Assembly (NCBI RefSeq): GCF_006345805.1
Contig: NC_043007.1
Location: 29,946,001-30,010,000 of the forward strand
Direction of reading: 5' to 3'
DNA length: 64,000 nt
Origin: Octopus sinensis
Lineage: Eukaryota
The notes under the pieces: generated by a model
Told to the model about the DNA's origin: nothing
What the model saw: only the letters and a program-made list of their open reading frames with translations
Databases searched by the model: none
Position numbers and translations under genes: made by a program
Part shown: piece by piece, positions 10,444 through 22,966 of the stretch
Layout: the number at the start of each line of letters is the position of its first letter
Numbering within the stretch: the stretch's first letter is position 1

Positions 10444-10495
10444 ATGTCTCACACTGATATAAGAAATATAAGGTCGGTGTATGAAGCGGGAAAAG
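10444..10495 (+). CDS. ARHGEF39: ARHGEF39-like DH-PH RhoGEF, coding exon 1 (MSHTDIRNIRSVYEAGK)
   Basis: ATG...AAA G|gtattt. Phase 1 joins TA of the next exon to give GTA (Val). Start exon inferred from phase and position. Confidence 0.6.
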
Positions 10496-10912
10496 GTATT
10501 TCTGGATAGAAATGAGGGATGTTTCGTTAATCTCCTGATTAGCCTCAGTTTTATAAAAGCTCTCAAGTTACTTTCTTTCATTGATTACACAAGACACACA
10601 CACACAATATATACACACACAAGACACACACACAAGATACACACAATACACACATACAATACACACACACACACACGTGTATATGGAGGCCTTTAGTTCT
10701 TCCGCTTCTCCAATTTTTTGACAAAGTTCGTTAAGGATTGTTGTATCCTTCTTCCGGGATACGGGAAATAAAACCATCTTACTCCACACACGCATCCCTA
10801 GACACATTAACTATGGCAATTGATTAACTATGTTAGGAGAACAGAAATATGTACTTATAGACATAAAGATACAATCTACACCATTTAAGAAAAAAATTGT
10901 GAAAAAAAAGCT

Positions 10913-11285
10913 TCGAGCTGGCAGAATTGTTTGTATGAGGGGCGAGATGCTTAGTATTTCGTCTGCCGTTATGTTCTGAGTTCAAATTCCGCCGAGGTCG
11001 ACTTTGCTTTTCATCCTTTCGGGATCGATTAAATAAGTACCAGTTACACACTGGATTCGATGTAATCGACTTCATCCGTTTGTCCCTTCTGTGTTTAGCC
11101 CCTTGTGGGTAGTAAAGAAATAGGTATTTCGCCCGTCCTTATGTTCTGAGTTCATATTTCCGCCGAGGTCGACTTTACTTTCATCCTTTTGTAGTCGATA
11201 AAGTAAGTACCAGTTGAACACTGGGGTCGATGTAATCGACTCGTCCTCACCTCTCCCAAGCTACCCTTGAGGCAAAAATTTGAAA
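10913..11285 (+). mobile_element. SINE family A plus a tandem partial second copy
   Basis: GAGCTGGCAGAA...GTTCTGAGTTCAAATTCCGCCGAGGTCGAC; the core is repeated from ~11125. Confidence 0.85.
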
Positions 11286-12139
11286 TAATAAAATGATAAT
11301 AATATTATTATTATTAATAAGGCGGCGAGTTTTCAGAATTTGCAATATTTTTCTCGGCTCTTTAATTCTAGGTTCAAATTTCGACTTTTCGACCTTTACG
11401 AGGTCAATGAAATAAAGCACCAATCAAATATTGGTATCGATGTAATCAAAGTTTTTAGACCTTATTCCTGAATTAGAAAGTAAAACTGTGACGTCTTGGG
11501 TTGCAGACTAAACCCACGATTAGGGTACCTGGGACGACCAAATTGGTTACTGAATAAAATTTAGTTGTGTCTTTTGTGTTGTGAGTTCAAATTTCACCCA
11601 TGTCAGCTTCACCTTTGATTGTGCTGAGGTTGATTATAGAGAACTTAAGACGTGGATGTGTGGTAAGAATTTTGCGTCCAGGTTCAATCCACGCTCTGTG
11701 AATTGGTTGGCATTAAGAAGAGCATGTATATATATATAGCATGGAGAACGGACGTTAAACGATGATGATGATATGTGTGTGTGCATTTTCGCTTATTTTT
11801 CTTCTTACTTTCCCCTTACATTTCCACATGTAGTTTCTACTTTCTTTTTGTAACTTATTTCTGTTATATACATACATATATATATATATATATGAAATTT
11901 TGAATTTAGTTCATGGACCCCCTCCCCAGTACTACTACCTTTGTAGACCACCAGGGGTCCATGGACCGCAAGTTGGGGAGCATTAGTATATAATGCCTAC
12001 CATCCTGTGACAGTTGGTGTGTTTTGTTGATTCTCCTGTAGGATAATATTTGTTTTCTCTGGTCAATGATATCAAACAGAGGCACAGAAAGCCAAGAAAA
12101 CATGGCTGAGGGCACCATCGATTAGTTCTACTGCAAATG

Positions 12140-12360
12140 TCTTTTTATCTGTTATCTTCTATTTGTTTCAGTCATCAGACTGTGGCCATGCTGGGGCAGC
12201 ACTGCCTTGAAGAAGGTGATGGTCAAAGGAATCGACTCCAGGACTTATTTCTTTTCAAGCCTGGTACTTATTCTATCAGTTTCTATTACCGAACTGCTAA
12301 GTTACAGGGATGTAAACAAACCAGCACTGGTTGTCCAGTGGTGGAGGACAAACACAGACA
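12140..12360 (-). mobile_element. SINE family B 3' part
   Basis: Reverse complement of GCCCCAGCATGGCCACAGTC..TGACTGAAACA tail and GTAACTTAGCAGTTCGG segment, also seen at 38947-39355. Confidence 0.7.
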
Positions 12361-12423
12361 CATGCAGATATTCAGCAGGCTTCTTTTAGTCTTCACCAAC
12401 CAAATCTGTCCAGTAGAGCACTA

Positions 12424-12836
12424 AGAGCACCATCTGAGTGTGATTGATCGTTGCCAGAGCATCTGACTGGCTTCTGTGCTGGTGGTACGTAAAAAGCACC
12501 ATTCCAACATGATCGTTACCAGTGTCGCCTAACTGGCATGTGAAAAACATTCGAGTGAGGTCGTTGCCAGTGCTGCTGGATTGGCTCCTATGCAGGTGGC
12601 ACGTAAAAAACACCATTTGAGCGTGGCCATTGCCAGTACCGCCTGACTGGCCCTCATGCCGGTGGCATGTAAAAGCACCCACTACACTCTTGGACTGGTT
12701 GGCGTTAGGAAGGGCATTCAGCTGTAGAAACTCTGCCAGATCAGATTGGAGCCTGGTGCAGCCATCTGGTTTGCTAGTCCTCAGTCAAATCGTCCAACCC
12801 ATGCTAGCATGGAAAGCGGACGTTAAACAATGATGA
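12424..12836 (+). mobile_element. RTE-tail repeat with about four internal ~60-bp units
   Basis: Repeated GCCAG..CTGGC..TGC.GGTGGCACGTAAAA.CACC units, then the tail ending GCGGACGTTAAACAATGATG. Confidence 0.8.
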
Positions 12837-14473
12837 AATCTACTCTCAAGAGATTTGGTTAGTCTGAGGCTATAGTAGAGGATTCTTGCCCAAAGTGCCA
12901 CACTGTGGCAAATAATATGGCCATTCCCTATTTAATTGTATCCCCTCGCATTCTTAGGACCAATTCTATCAGTCAACTAATGAAATCTTTCTGTACCAGT
13001 TATGTACTGAGGGTATGTGTGACAGAATAGAGACTATATCCTTCCATTGCAAATCTGTAAAAAGCTTGGAATCATTTTTATTGTCACTTTGGTTTCTCTG
13101 AAGACTATGTCATTGGATTTCTTGGAAATAACAGGTTCGTTCCTCATCAGGGCTTCTCTGTCTTTCTGCTTTGACTTTTCTTTGATGTCTTTTACCTTTT
13201 TTGGTACAATATTTCTTCATTCTCCGATGTCTTCCATCTGTTTTATCATGTGATCATTCTATGAGCTTGTTCAATATTCTTTTACCATTTCTCAACCATT
13301 CTGTAATGTTTTCTATTATTCCAGGTAACAGATGGTTCTCACCAATCTGAGCTCCTTCATCATTCTATAAAATATTCCATCCATTTCTCCATCCTGCCAT
13401 GTTCTTTCTCCACAGGTTGTTCAGATTCTCTGACCGTCATCATGATGTCCTTAAGGAGTAGAATCCAAGGTAAACAAGTCTTTCAGTCATTTTGAAACGC
13501 AACCATTGTATTATACTTGTTGTTATTAAAAAGGCTTATATCTTCAAATGGACGAAATTCTTGGTTGTGACCAAAAACAAACAACCAAAACCTACTTCCA
13601 TTGCTCTACCAAATAAATATGGTTGCTTTGTTTGGATAATTTTCGAAATTTATGGGTTTTTTTTTCTCTTTTTTTTGTTTGTAGACCATAGGCTATTGAG
13701 TCGGTAGAACATCAGACATTTTGTCTGGTGATGATTAGTTATGACTGTTTACATTCTGAGTTTATCTTTTTTGGGTTGATAAAATAAGGAGCAGTTGAGT
13801 ATTGGGTTCATAGTAATTGATTGGCCCCTCTCACCAAATTCCAGGCCTTGTACCCATAACAAAAAGGATTATTATTTCTATAATCGTTAGAGTGATAAAA
13901 TGAAATACCAGTCACATATTGGGGGTTGATGCACTTGTCCCATCTTCTCAGGATTGCTGGTCTTGTGCTAAAAGTGAGGAAAAAGTTGGTAAGAAGGCAG
14001 AACTGTTACCTGTCAGACAGAATTGTTAATGTGTCATCTTGGAGGTAATTTCTTCCAGCTCTTTATGTCCTGGGTTTGAATTTCATGGAAGTTGCTTTTT
14101 GCCTTTTGGGGTCAATAGAATAAGAGACCACTTGAGCACTGGGGGTTGATGTAATTAACTAAACCCATACCTCTAAAAATTGCTGGCCTTGTGCCAAAAT
14201 TAGAAACCATTATTAAGTTGAGGTGGGCGGATTGTAAAAAATCAGTAGAACATCATTCATAGTGTTTGGCAGTATTCACTTGTGGCCATTTATGTCCTGG
14301 GTTCAAATCTCATCATGGGCAAGTTTGTCTTTCTTGCTCCTGGGGTTTAAAAATAATGTACCCATCATCTACTGGGGTTGGTCTCAACTATATGCATTCC
14401 TCACAAATGTCTGGCCTTCCACTCACATTCCAAATTAATATGGTTCTTGTTGTGGTTGTTGTTGTTTCTTCAG

Positions 14474-14643
14474 TATTAAACGAGATTGCACAAGAAGAAA
14501 AGGCTGAGTACAGATCTCCGGAAGAGCTTTCCAAAATAGCAGCATTCAATGAAGCGAAACGAGAGAAACGGCGCCGGAAAATCATCAAAGAAATCTTTGA
14601 AACGGAGAAGACTTACCAAAACCTCTTGGACATCATACACCGA
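14474..14643 (+). CDS. ARHGEF39: ARHGEF39-like RhoGEF exon 2 (start of DH domain: KRRRKIIKEIFETEKTYQNLL)
   Basis: Acceptor cttcag|TA, donor CGA|gtaagt; DH CR1 motif E-x3-TE-x2-Y. Confidence 0.93.
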
Positions 14644-15227
14644 GTAAGTGGCATTTGTGGTCCTTTATCAAGTGTTGGTGTTGTGGTCCCCTTGCTGAGG
14701 CTACTGTTGTGATACACCTGTTTGTTGTGATACTCCCGTTGTCTGTCCACTCCCCTTCCTCCTCTATACTAATCACATTGACCTCCCTACCCCCATAATT
14801 AATTATGTATCTCTACTGATCCCTCTCCCTTTATTGGCCACAAGGGGATTCCTGCATGATTGCTTCACCTACTAGAAATAGCAGCCAAATCTACCTTAAA
14901 TCACACCTAAAAACAGAACGAGCTGGACTAATTACTCTGGTCAACAATTTTTGACAGGTTTTGTGCTTCTTAATTGAGATTAGTTTATTCCAATGTATTT
15001 TTGTGCACTGAATCCAAATATCACCTTGAAATCTGCTTATTGGTTCCAGATTAAAAGATAAGTGGCAGGTAAAAGTTGATTATTTTATTAGAACATACAG
15101 TATGTGTCATTACATGGTTTAAACTCCAGTGCAGGGGGCTAAACAACAGTTGAAATAAAAGCAATAGAAGACTGATTTTCTTTTTGCTAGTTTCTGTATT
15201 TATTTGTTGTGTTTTGTTTTTTCCCAG

Positions 15228-15443
15228 TTCTTCTATTTCCCGCTGCGATTCGACTGCATCATCCCAGAGGCTGTCCACAACAAACTGTTCAGCAACATCG
15301 AACAAATCCAACATGTGAACATAAAGCTGCTGGATCAAATGGAACAGAACACCATAGGACAAGCTTTCCTCTCCCTGGGGCCTTTTCTCAAACTCTACTC
15401 CACTTATGCTAACAACCACACTCAAGCACTGGCCACATTCCAA
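15228..15443 (+). CDS. ARHGEF39: ARHGEF39-like RhoGEF exon 3 (DH: LFSNIEQI...GPFLKLYSTYANNH)
   Basis: Acceptor ttcccag|TTC, donor CAA|gtaaga; canonical DH motifs; 216 nt. Confidence 0.95.
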
Positions 15444-16009
15444 GTAAGATCTTTCACACTCTACACATCTGTATGTTGCACTCAAAATAATATTTGTTAC
15501 ACTCTCCACATCTGCATCTTGCACTCTGACTAAAGTTTGTCATTCTAAACCTCAGTATGTTACACTCAGAGAAAGACTTGTCACATTTTTACCCCCTCCC
15601 CCCTTTAATCTATTCTCCAAACACCTGTCACTCCACAGCTCTATATGAGACTGTAACATTGACAAACAAATTAAATTGACCTCCCAGAAATAACAGCCAA
15701 AATCCCTCTCAGTCGTTTTTTACTGTCTTAAAGAAAGAACCTGTTAGGTAATTTGCTCTTAGGTTATTTGTACATATGGGGTGGTCATATCTAGAACGTT
15801 TTTAATAAGTTTGCTCAGTTGGGGTTGACTTGGGGTTAAACAATGTCACTGAGAAAGACCTGTCACTCAACAACTCTAAGACCTATCATTCTGTAATAAA
15901 TCTCAGTCCTACACTCCAAGTAAGACTCGTCACTAACTCTTTACTCCAATTCAACTGATGTTGTTTGACCCCCAGGTCAGTCCTGATCCAGTCAACCTAT
16001 AATTAAAAA

Positions 16010-16228
16010 TCCTTTCTGTTATAGGTACAAGGCCTGAATTTTTTTGTGGGAAGGGGATAAAGCGATTACATCGACCCCAGTACGTAACTGGTACTCATTT
16101 CATCACCCCCAAAAGGATGAAAGAGAAAGTTGACCTCGGCAGAATTTGAACTCAGAACGTAAAGACGGACACAACACCTCTAAGCATTTTGCCTGGTGTG
16201 CTAACAATTCTGCCATTTTGCCACCTTA
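16010..16228 (-). mobile_element. SINE family A
   Basis: GACCTCGGCAGAATTTGAACTCAGAACGTAA, reverse orientation. Confidence 0.8.
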
Positions 16229-16835
16229 AGCCTAGAATTAAAAATGTCTCAGCTGTGACCATTGCCATCTTTTATTTAGACACAGCGTATCTGCGACTAC
16301 ATTCTATATCTTGTTTTTTAAAAATGGAAAATTATTCGAGGGACATATGGCTGCTGAAAGGGAACGTGTGACGGTTGCTGTCTTGGCTCATTGTTTCACC
16401 GAATCGTGCAGTTGTTGAATCGAGAACGCTTTTCTGTGATAAGCAAAGATATGTAGTAAGGGAGGTAACTCTAAAAGTCAGTTACACCGGGAAACGAGTT
16501 GTAATTTAACTCTCTCACACCTGGGCCCCTGGGTCAGCTTTACTTTCCCCCTTGGGATCCCGAGCAAAAATAAATAGTTGCATTCACAGCTCAAGAGTAA
16601 CAATTGCAAGTAAATGGCCGGAATCTGTTGTATCTTCTTCTTTGACGTGTGTTGATGGTTAATTCTTTACTGAGAATCTGGTAGAGATGACATTTCACCT
16701 ATTCCTGCTCTCGCAGGGAAACGGTGCAACGGGGTTAAGGATGGCCATAATCTAATGAACTTAGACCTGAACGACATTTTACTGACTTTATAAATGGTCC
16801 ATGTCTTTATTTGAAAGAAATTGTTTCCTCTGCAG

Positions 16836-16954
16836 GAATGGTTACAGAAAAGCTCTGAATTTGCTGAGTTCATCCAAAACCAAGAAGCCAGGCCCGAAGT
16901 TATGGGATTAAAGTTCAATGCATTATTAATCACACCTGTTCAAAGAGTTCCAAG
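16836..16954 (+). CDS. ARHGEF39: ARHGEF39-like RhoGEF exon 4 (QEARPEVMGLKFNALLITPVQRVPR)
   Basis: Acceptor tctgcag|GAA, donor AG|gtaaat; DH CR3 motif PVQRxPRY. Confidence 0.95.
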
Positions 16955-17458
16955 GTAAATTGTTTGTATTTCTGAAATGAGTTCTTGCTACGATAATCCT
17001 TTTCGACCTTATCACTAATGGAATAAATTTTCTTTGTGTTTGGAATATTTTCTGAAATAATCAAGAATTTGGAAGGAAATAACGAAATACCTAGTTTTCC
17101 AACCGTTCTGTTTGGGACATAAAAACAAATACATTAAGATAGAACGTTAATAAAAGACAAAATATATATCAGTAAATAATTAAGATGGTGTTTGGAGCAA
17201 ATTCTTGCATGTCTAGAAAAGCAGACGTGAAAGTGTTGCTATCTGGTATCAAAAGATTATTGAATCCCAGAACATAAGAAGAAGAAGGAATTCCTTAAAA
17301 ATGACATGGAATGTCCAGAGAATATTACAGAAAAAAAGGAAAACTATTTTAGCCAAGTTCCTCTTGTTTTTCATTCTTCAGCCATTTGCTTCTCACACAC
17401 ACACCCTTTTGCCATCCCCTTTTAATCCCCTAAATATTGTCTGTTCCCATTCTCTCAG

Positions 17459-17529
17459 ATATAAACTGTTGTTGGAAGATTTACTGGAACACACGCCCAC
17501 CTCTCACTACGACTACCATGACTTACAAG
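17459..17529 (+). CDS. ARHGEF39: ARHGEF39-like RhoGEF exon 5 (YKLLLEDLLEHTPTSHYDYHDLQ)
   Basis: Acceptor tctctcag|A, donor G|gtaaga; phase 2/1. Confidence 0.95.
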
Positions 17530-17734
17530 GTAAGATTTGTATTTCACTACAAATGGCCCTGGGGGTGGGGTGGGGATGAGGGTATGTAAACGGACAGGTG
17601 GGTGTATATAACCAAAGATGTCCCTCTGATGCGTTTTAGCTGGCTGCGTTAATGCGTGTATATTGAACGAGTCCTTTGTAGCTACAATTGTTAGTATTAG
17701 TGCTACTACAGTAGTTTATATTGGTAGATATAAT

Positions 17735-17885
17735 TCATCATCATCGTCGTCGTTTGACGTCTGCTTTCCATGCTGGCATGGGTTGGACGGTTTGACTGAG
17801 GACTGGCAAGCCAGGAGGCTGCACCAGACTCCAATCGGATCTGGCAAGGTTTCTACAGCTGGATGCCCTTCCTAATGCCCACCAC
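17735..17885 (-). mobile_element. RTE-tail repeat
   Basis: (CAT)nCGTTTGACGTCTGCTTTCCATGCTGGCATGGGTTGGACGG...GGATGCCCTTCC. Confidence 0.8.
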
Positions 17886-18103
17886 AATAAAGATGGGGTG
17901 ATGCTGGTGGTTTACATTGAACATCTTTTTTTTTTTTTAAATTAAATATTTTTATGTTCCTGGAAGTGAAAGAAATGAAACTGTAACAAGATAGAAGCAA
18001 TATCTTATGGTTCTGGACCATTATTTGTTTGTTTGCCTTTATTTCTTTCTGCAGCCGAACCTTCTCTCCTTCTCTCATCTCTTTCTCTTTGTAAATATTT
18101 CAG

Positions 18104-18264
18104 AGGCTGCAAAAGAAATCTGCAACATAGCGTTCCACATCAATGAACATATCCGACAGCATGAAAACTTTCAGAAGATGCTCAGCATCCAGAAATCTCT
18201 GGGAACGACTCCGAAAATCCTGTCTCCTGGTCGAGAGTTTATTCGAGAAGGAGCACTCCGAAAA
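18104..18264 (+). CDS. ARHGEF39: ARHGEF39-like RhoGEF exon 6 (DH end and PH start: HINEHIRQHENFQKMLSIQ...PGREFIREGALRK)
   Basis: Acceptor atttcag|AG, donor AAA|gtgagt. Confidence 0.95.
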
Positions 18265-19448
18265 GTGAGTAACTCAGCCTTGCCACGACCACCCAAGCTG
18301 ATAATGGTCATCTCTATAAATACCTCCGGTCCCGTCCTACTCCATGTACTGAAGATTTCCTTTCTGACCCACAACTGTCAAATTCCCTTCCGATGGAACA
18401 AAGACATTGCAAATCTGTATTTCCTTTGTTCTCAGTATCATCTCTCTTGTATATAAACTGCGACTGTCTTTTTGTTATCTGTAAATGGCGTGGTTGCCAT
18501 GGAAAATATAGGCTGTAGCATGGACCCTGCTGTCTTCTTGTAGTGTTGGTCAGTGAGGTCAGTAGTAGAGTCCACCTGATTAAGGGTCCCATAGCTATAT
18601 TATGTTATTCAGGACTCCCTCAGTTTGGTCAGAGTATTTTCAAATAGTAGCTCCTGTAGCTACAATAAATGTTAGGATCCCCACACAAGACCCTTTCACG
18701 TTGATCAGAGGTGTCTGTTCCTCTATTAAATATTGTGGGGTTCTCACTGAAAAAAAACCCTTATATTTAGCAACTCACCCTTCTGAATTAAAATCATTTT
18801 TGACGTTTAATGGAATGTTTGTATTTTTATCAAAGTCTTTTTCTTCGAGTGTCGAGGGCAAGATAGACTGGTAGAGTCCAATGTTCACCATAACCTCGTG
18901 GCAGAGTCCATTTCTGTCCAACAGAAAATTAAAACAACTTTTAGCTTTTTGCGTTGCTGCGATTGTAAACCATTGGACTGGAGAAGTTACTTCCCTTGGT
19001 TTTGATTTGTTTTTTTTTTTTTTAATTTTTTATTTGAGTCTTAGTTTCAGAAAAGATTAAGATTAAATGCTTACTGGTGCCTAGTTAAATCCTTTTTATA
19101 TTCTGTGTCTGAGTAGCTCCAGGGTCAATTTTGTCTTTTATACTGTTGACGTTGACTCAATAATCTACCTGTCATATGCTGAGGTCGATTAGATTGATTA
19201 CCCACTCCTTTGTATATCTCTTGCTCTCTATGTTAATGCAAAAACACCATTTGGTTGACTTCTACTAAGGCTTATGGACCCAGGAGTTTAGGAGGGTGTT
19301 TATTTATTGTGTATTGATGTCCTACTGAAGTTTAGGGAATCCTGAGTAAGGGGGGAGATGTTTATATGTGTGTGTGTGTGCTTATGTTGAGGGATTCAGG
19401 CGTTTAAGAGTGTATTTGTGTCAAACTAAGTTCTAGGGACACACAAGT

Positions 19449-19496
<48 letters not shown>

Positions 19497-19910
19497 ATAT
19501 AGATAGATAGACAGATAGACATCGTAGAGAGAGTCACATGGACAAGGAGGTGGTTTCTTAATTCTCAAACTTCAGATCACATTTGATCCAGCTGACCGAG
19601 GATAAATGAGTATCCGAGTCCAACTCTGACCTTCCTGCCTTTTATGTACTCAAACGTAATATATATCCATCATTGCAGTATTCCAATGCCATGTTCTGAT
19701 AGTTCACCTGATGGCAGTTTCAAGTTTCATTATGGGTGAAATTTCACCCACAGGTCATGGAGTTTCTCACGTGATATAGAAACTCCTTTGTGGCTTTTTA
19801 TGAGTTTTTTGATGACTGAACAATGCTTTGAGCAGGATTTGAACACCTGATGGTGTGTATTGTGCTTGTTTATTTACCTCCATAAACCACCCTCTACTTC
19901 TTCTCTCCAG

Positions 19911-20102
19911 GTCGCTCGTAAAGGAGGCAAGTCTCATGACCGAATGTTCTTCCTCTTCTCCGACATGCTCATCTATGCCAAACCAAAGTTGCTGGACACT
20001 TGCAATTCTTTCAACTGTTGCTGTGTTTTGCCACTCAGACACTGCACCATACAGCGACTGTTTGAAGATAACAAGGAACTCCACAGTGGTGGCATGTTCC
20101 AG
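19911..20102 (+). CDS. ARHGEF39: ARHGEF39-like RhoGEF exon 7 (PH: RMFFLFSDMLIYAKP)
   Basis: Acceptor ctccag|GTC, donor CAG|gtaagt. Closely resembles my recall of human ARHGEF39 RMFFLFTDVLLMAKP. Confidence 0.95.
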
Positions 20103-20439
20103 GTAAGTAAATTTGGCACAAAGTCACAGTTTTGAGATCAAATCTCTTTCTCTCCCTATCTCTCTATTCTGATTAATTCTTTAGAATTCAAATCATTTTG
20201 CCAACTGTAATGTCAATTTATTCACATTGTGTTCAATCATTCATCATCTCCTAGCTTTGAGATTTTCATGATGTGATTGTTTCTGTTTAGACTGACATTG
20301 TAGGGTAGTGTTAGAGGCCGGATCTGGCTAGTCTGAACATAAAAAACAAGGTTGAGTATTTGGGTTGGCTGTGACTGATTTAAATTCTAAAGAGTTAATC
20401 TTTCCAAATGTTTTCTCCTCCTGAAACCTGTATAACCTA

Positions 20440-20992
20440 CAACCCTACCGCTCTATGTCACGCTGGTGAGACCCATATTGGAGTACGGGATTCAAGCCTC
20501 TTCTCCTTATCTCCTCAAAGACATACAGCATCTCGAAAGAGTCCAGAAGCTGGCTACCCGCATGGTTCATGGTCTCAAAAATTTGTCCTACGAAGAAAGG
20601 CTGAGGACGCTTGACCTTTATTCTCTAGAAAAACGCCGCCGCCGTGGTGATCTCATTCTCGCTCACAACATCATAAGCGGAAAGTGTAACCTCTCGAAAG
20701 AGCTGTTCTTCACTCCTGCTCCAGAGCGTCGGCTGCGGGGTCACTCCAAAAAGCTCTATCTGCGACGATTTCATCTCAATCGAAGGAGAGGAGCTTTCTC
20801 CGTCCGGGTTGCGGATCCGTGGAACAAGCTACCAGACGAGATGGTGAAGATGCTGACGACCGCTTTGTTCAAAGTCTCCCTTGACCACAAATGACCTGAA
20901 CTCTTTACATGAACACCACCCTGTACTTAACTCCATGTCCCCCTACATGGCCTTGCTTTTTGAGCCAAAGAATTAACTAACTAACTAACTAA
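20440..20992 (+). mobile_element. CR1-clade LINE 3' end, 5'-truncated, (TAAC)n tail, intronic
   Basis: VRPILEYG...LERVQKLATRMV.GLKNLSYEERL..LDLYSLEKRRRRGDLI...FSVRV..WNKLP is the CR1 ORF2 C-terminus. The frame is intact, suggesting a young copy. Confidence 0.9.
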
Positions 20993-21088
20993 ATAATATC
21001 TGTTCTACAGTTTCCTTTGTACAGTTGCTTCTGTTGTCTCCTGTTTGAACCCCTAATTCTGGCTTTCTGCTCCTTCTTTACTCTTCAG

Positions 21089-21177
21089 ATCACCTGCAAA
21101 GAGGAGTCCTTAGTTCTGTATTCCCTTGATCCTGCAGAGGTCACAAACTGGATAGAATGTCTGGAATCGGCAATTAA
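21089..21177 (+). CDS. ARHGEF39: ARHGEF39-like RhoGEF exon 8 (PH C-terminal helix: EVTNWIECLESAIK)
   Basis: Acceptor ctcttcag|ATC, donor AA|gtgagt; conserved PH tryptophan. Confidence 0.93.
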
Positions 21178-21330
21178 GTGAGTACCCCTTGATGGGTTTG
21201 TCTGCAATTCTTTCGAGAGAACTCCAGTGTCATGTGCAACATGAATGTTATTATTATTATTATTATTATTTCATTAGTGTTTGCTAGTAACTAATGATCC
21301 TTCTTCTGCTGCTGCTGTTGTTGTTTTCAG

Positions 21331-21442
21331 GAAGCTCACAGAAAATCGACAGACCTTAAAGAAACCCAGCAGTAACAAAGTCCCACTGCGGGGCCGGACA
21401 CTATTGAGGCAGAAGAAACTTGACAAAAAAAATAGCCGGAAG
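21331..21442 (+). CDS. ARHGEF39: ARHGEF39-like RhoGEF exon 9 (basic region KLTENRQTLKKPSSNKVPLRGR...)
   Basis: Acceptor ttttcag|G, donor AAG|gtaatg; phase 2/0. Confidence 0.88.
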
Positions 21443-21959
21443 GTAATGGAATTGAAACGGTTCTTTTTATCATATTATACCATTTATATTATTATTATTA
21501 TTGTCCCCATCACCATTCTTCCCACTTTCTCAAGCCATCAAAATATTGGGTGCCACTGTTTTTATACCATTTCTTTGCTTATTAACTTAAGTCTACATAG
21601 TTATAGTTATTATTGTTATTGTTATTATTATTATCTATACATATAAATGAGAGATTCGTTCTTGTTTTGGGATTCACAGTCAAACAGAAGGGTGGAATTG
21701 CACGAAAAATTATACAGATGTGTAGAATAATCTGGTGGTGATGCTGGGCTTTGTATTTTTTCATAGCTCCCATGGTTACTGAGATAATCTACTATAATAA
21801 TACTCTTGTGTTTATGAATGAGAAAGGAAGGGGTGATGTCATACTTGGTAGTGGGACGATGAAAATTGTACACTGAGGGTGTTGGGAGAAATTCCATACA
21901 GTGCACCCAGTGTAAGCCATGGACACAAGAAGTGCAGTGGAAGATTAGAATGGTTATTC

Positions 21960-22077
21960 TGTAGAAAGCCAAATCAGACTGGAACCTGGTGCAGCTCTCC
22001 TGCTTGCCAGCTCTGATCAAGCCGTCCAACCCATGCCAGCATGGAAAACGGACGTTAAAGGATGATGATGATGATGT
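21960..22077 (+). mobile_element. RTE-tail repeat fragment
   Basis: CCGTCCAACCCATGCCAGCATGGAAAACGGACGTTAAA(GAT)n. Confidence 0.75.
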
Positions 22078-22513
22078 CCCTCAGGTTCACAATGTAAAAT
22101 GGAAAGAACCTAGAACTACAGAAATTCAGAATATGAACGGGAATGTCCTGCATTCCTTTTTAGACAAAATGACATCATCGGTTTTTGCAGGTAACAAGGG
22201 AGAAAAAGAAAACAAGAAAGAGAAGACTTAGTGAAACAGTTTTGTATAAATGTGATGGAATTTACCTGACACACTTTAATTCATTCGTCAAGGGTTTGAC
22301 GTTAGCGATTCACAAATATATTTATCCTCATGCGTTTTGAGGACAGAAAGTGCAGTGGAGTCAATATTTTCTGAGAATCTTCACTTTGAGGTGTTCCTCA
22401 AAATTACAGCCATTTGATGTAAAATGTTTGGTAAGTTCTGAAAATATATTCGTTAACCTTATTTTTACCTTTCTGGTTCACCAAATACATTTGTTGATGT
22501 TTTCTTCCTCTAG

Positions 22514-22729
22514 GTGCGACCAACAATTCAAAAATCCCTGCTCTTTACCCAGGACGAGAACTCCCCTACATCTGATGTAATGGAATCAGAAGTCAAGGAG
22601 TCAACCCCAACCCCAAGGTCAAGGTCTCATTCTCCATTCCGTGAACCCGACGCAATTCTTGATTCTTCATTCAAAAGAAAATGGGAGAAGGAAGCCTCTG
22701 AAATTGAGAAACAACTCTCATCAGAACTG
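22514..22729 (+). CDS. ARHGEF39: ARHGEF39-like RhoGEF exon 10 (S/T-P-rich tail)
   Basis: Acceptor ttcctctag|GTG, donor CTG|gtaatc; 216 nt, phase 0/0. Confidence 0.8.
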
Positions 22730-22966
22730 GTAATCTTGTTGTTCTTCTTGTTGAAGTAGTTGATAAAAGGACCAGAAACAATACCTTGTGGTGTTTACGT
22801 ATGTCCTTTTATATTCTATGTTTAAATTCAGTTGATGTTGACTTAATTTTTCATGTTTCTGACCTTAAGGAAATAAATTACTCGTGAAGAACCGAGGCAA
22901 ATATCCTCATCATCGTTATCTTCGTTTATAGTTTTACATCTGCTTTTTCCATGCTTGCTTGGGTCA

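Noticed and set aside
10181-10457. ATG at 10181 as the RhoGEF start via splicing to 10349 or 10354
   Set aside because: Both joins are out of frame with the CDS and stop early; at most a further uORF.
15450-15960. Loose repetition of GTCACTC/ACACTC words in RhoGEF intron 3
   Set aside because: Too degenerate to define a unit by eye; likely a decayed minisatellite.
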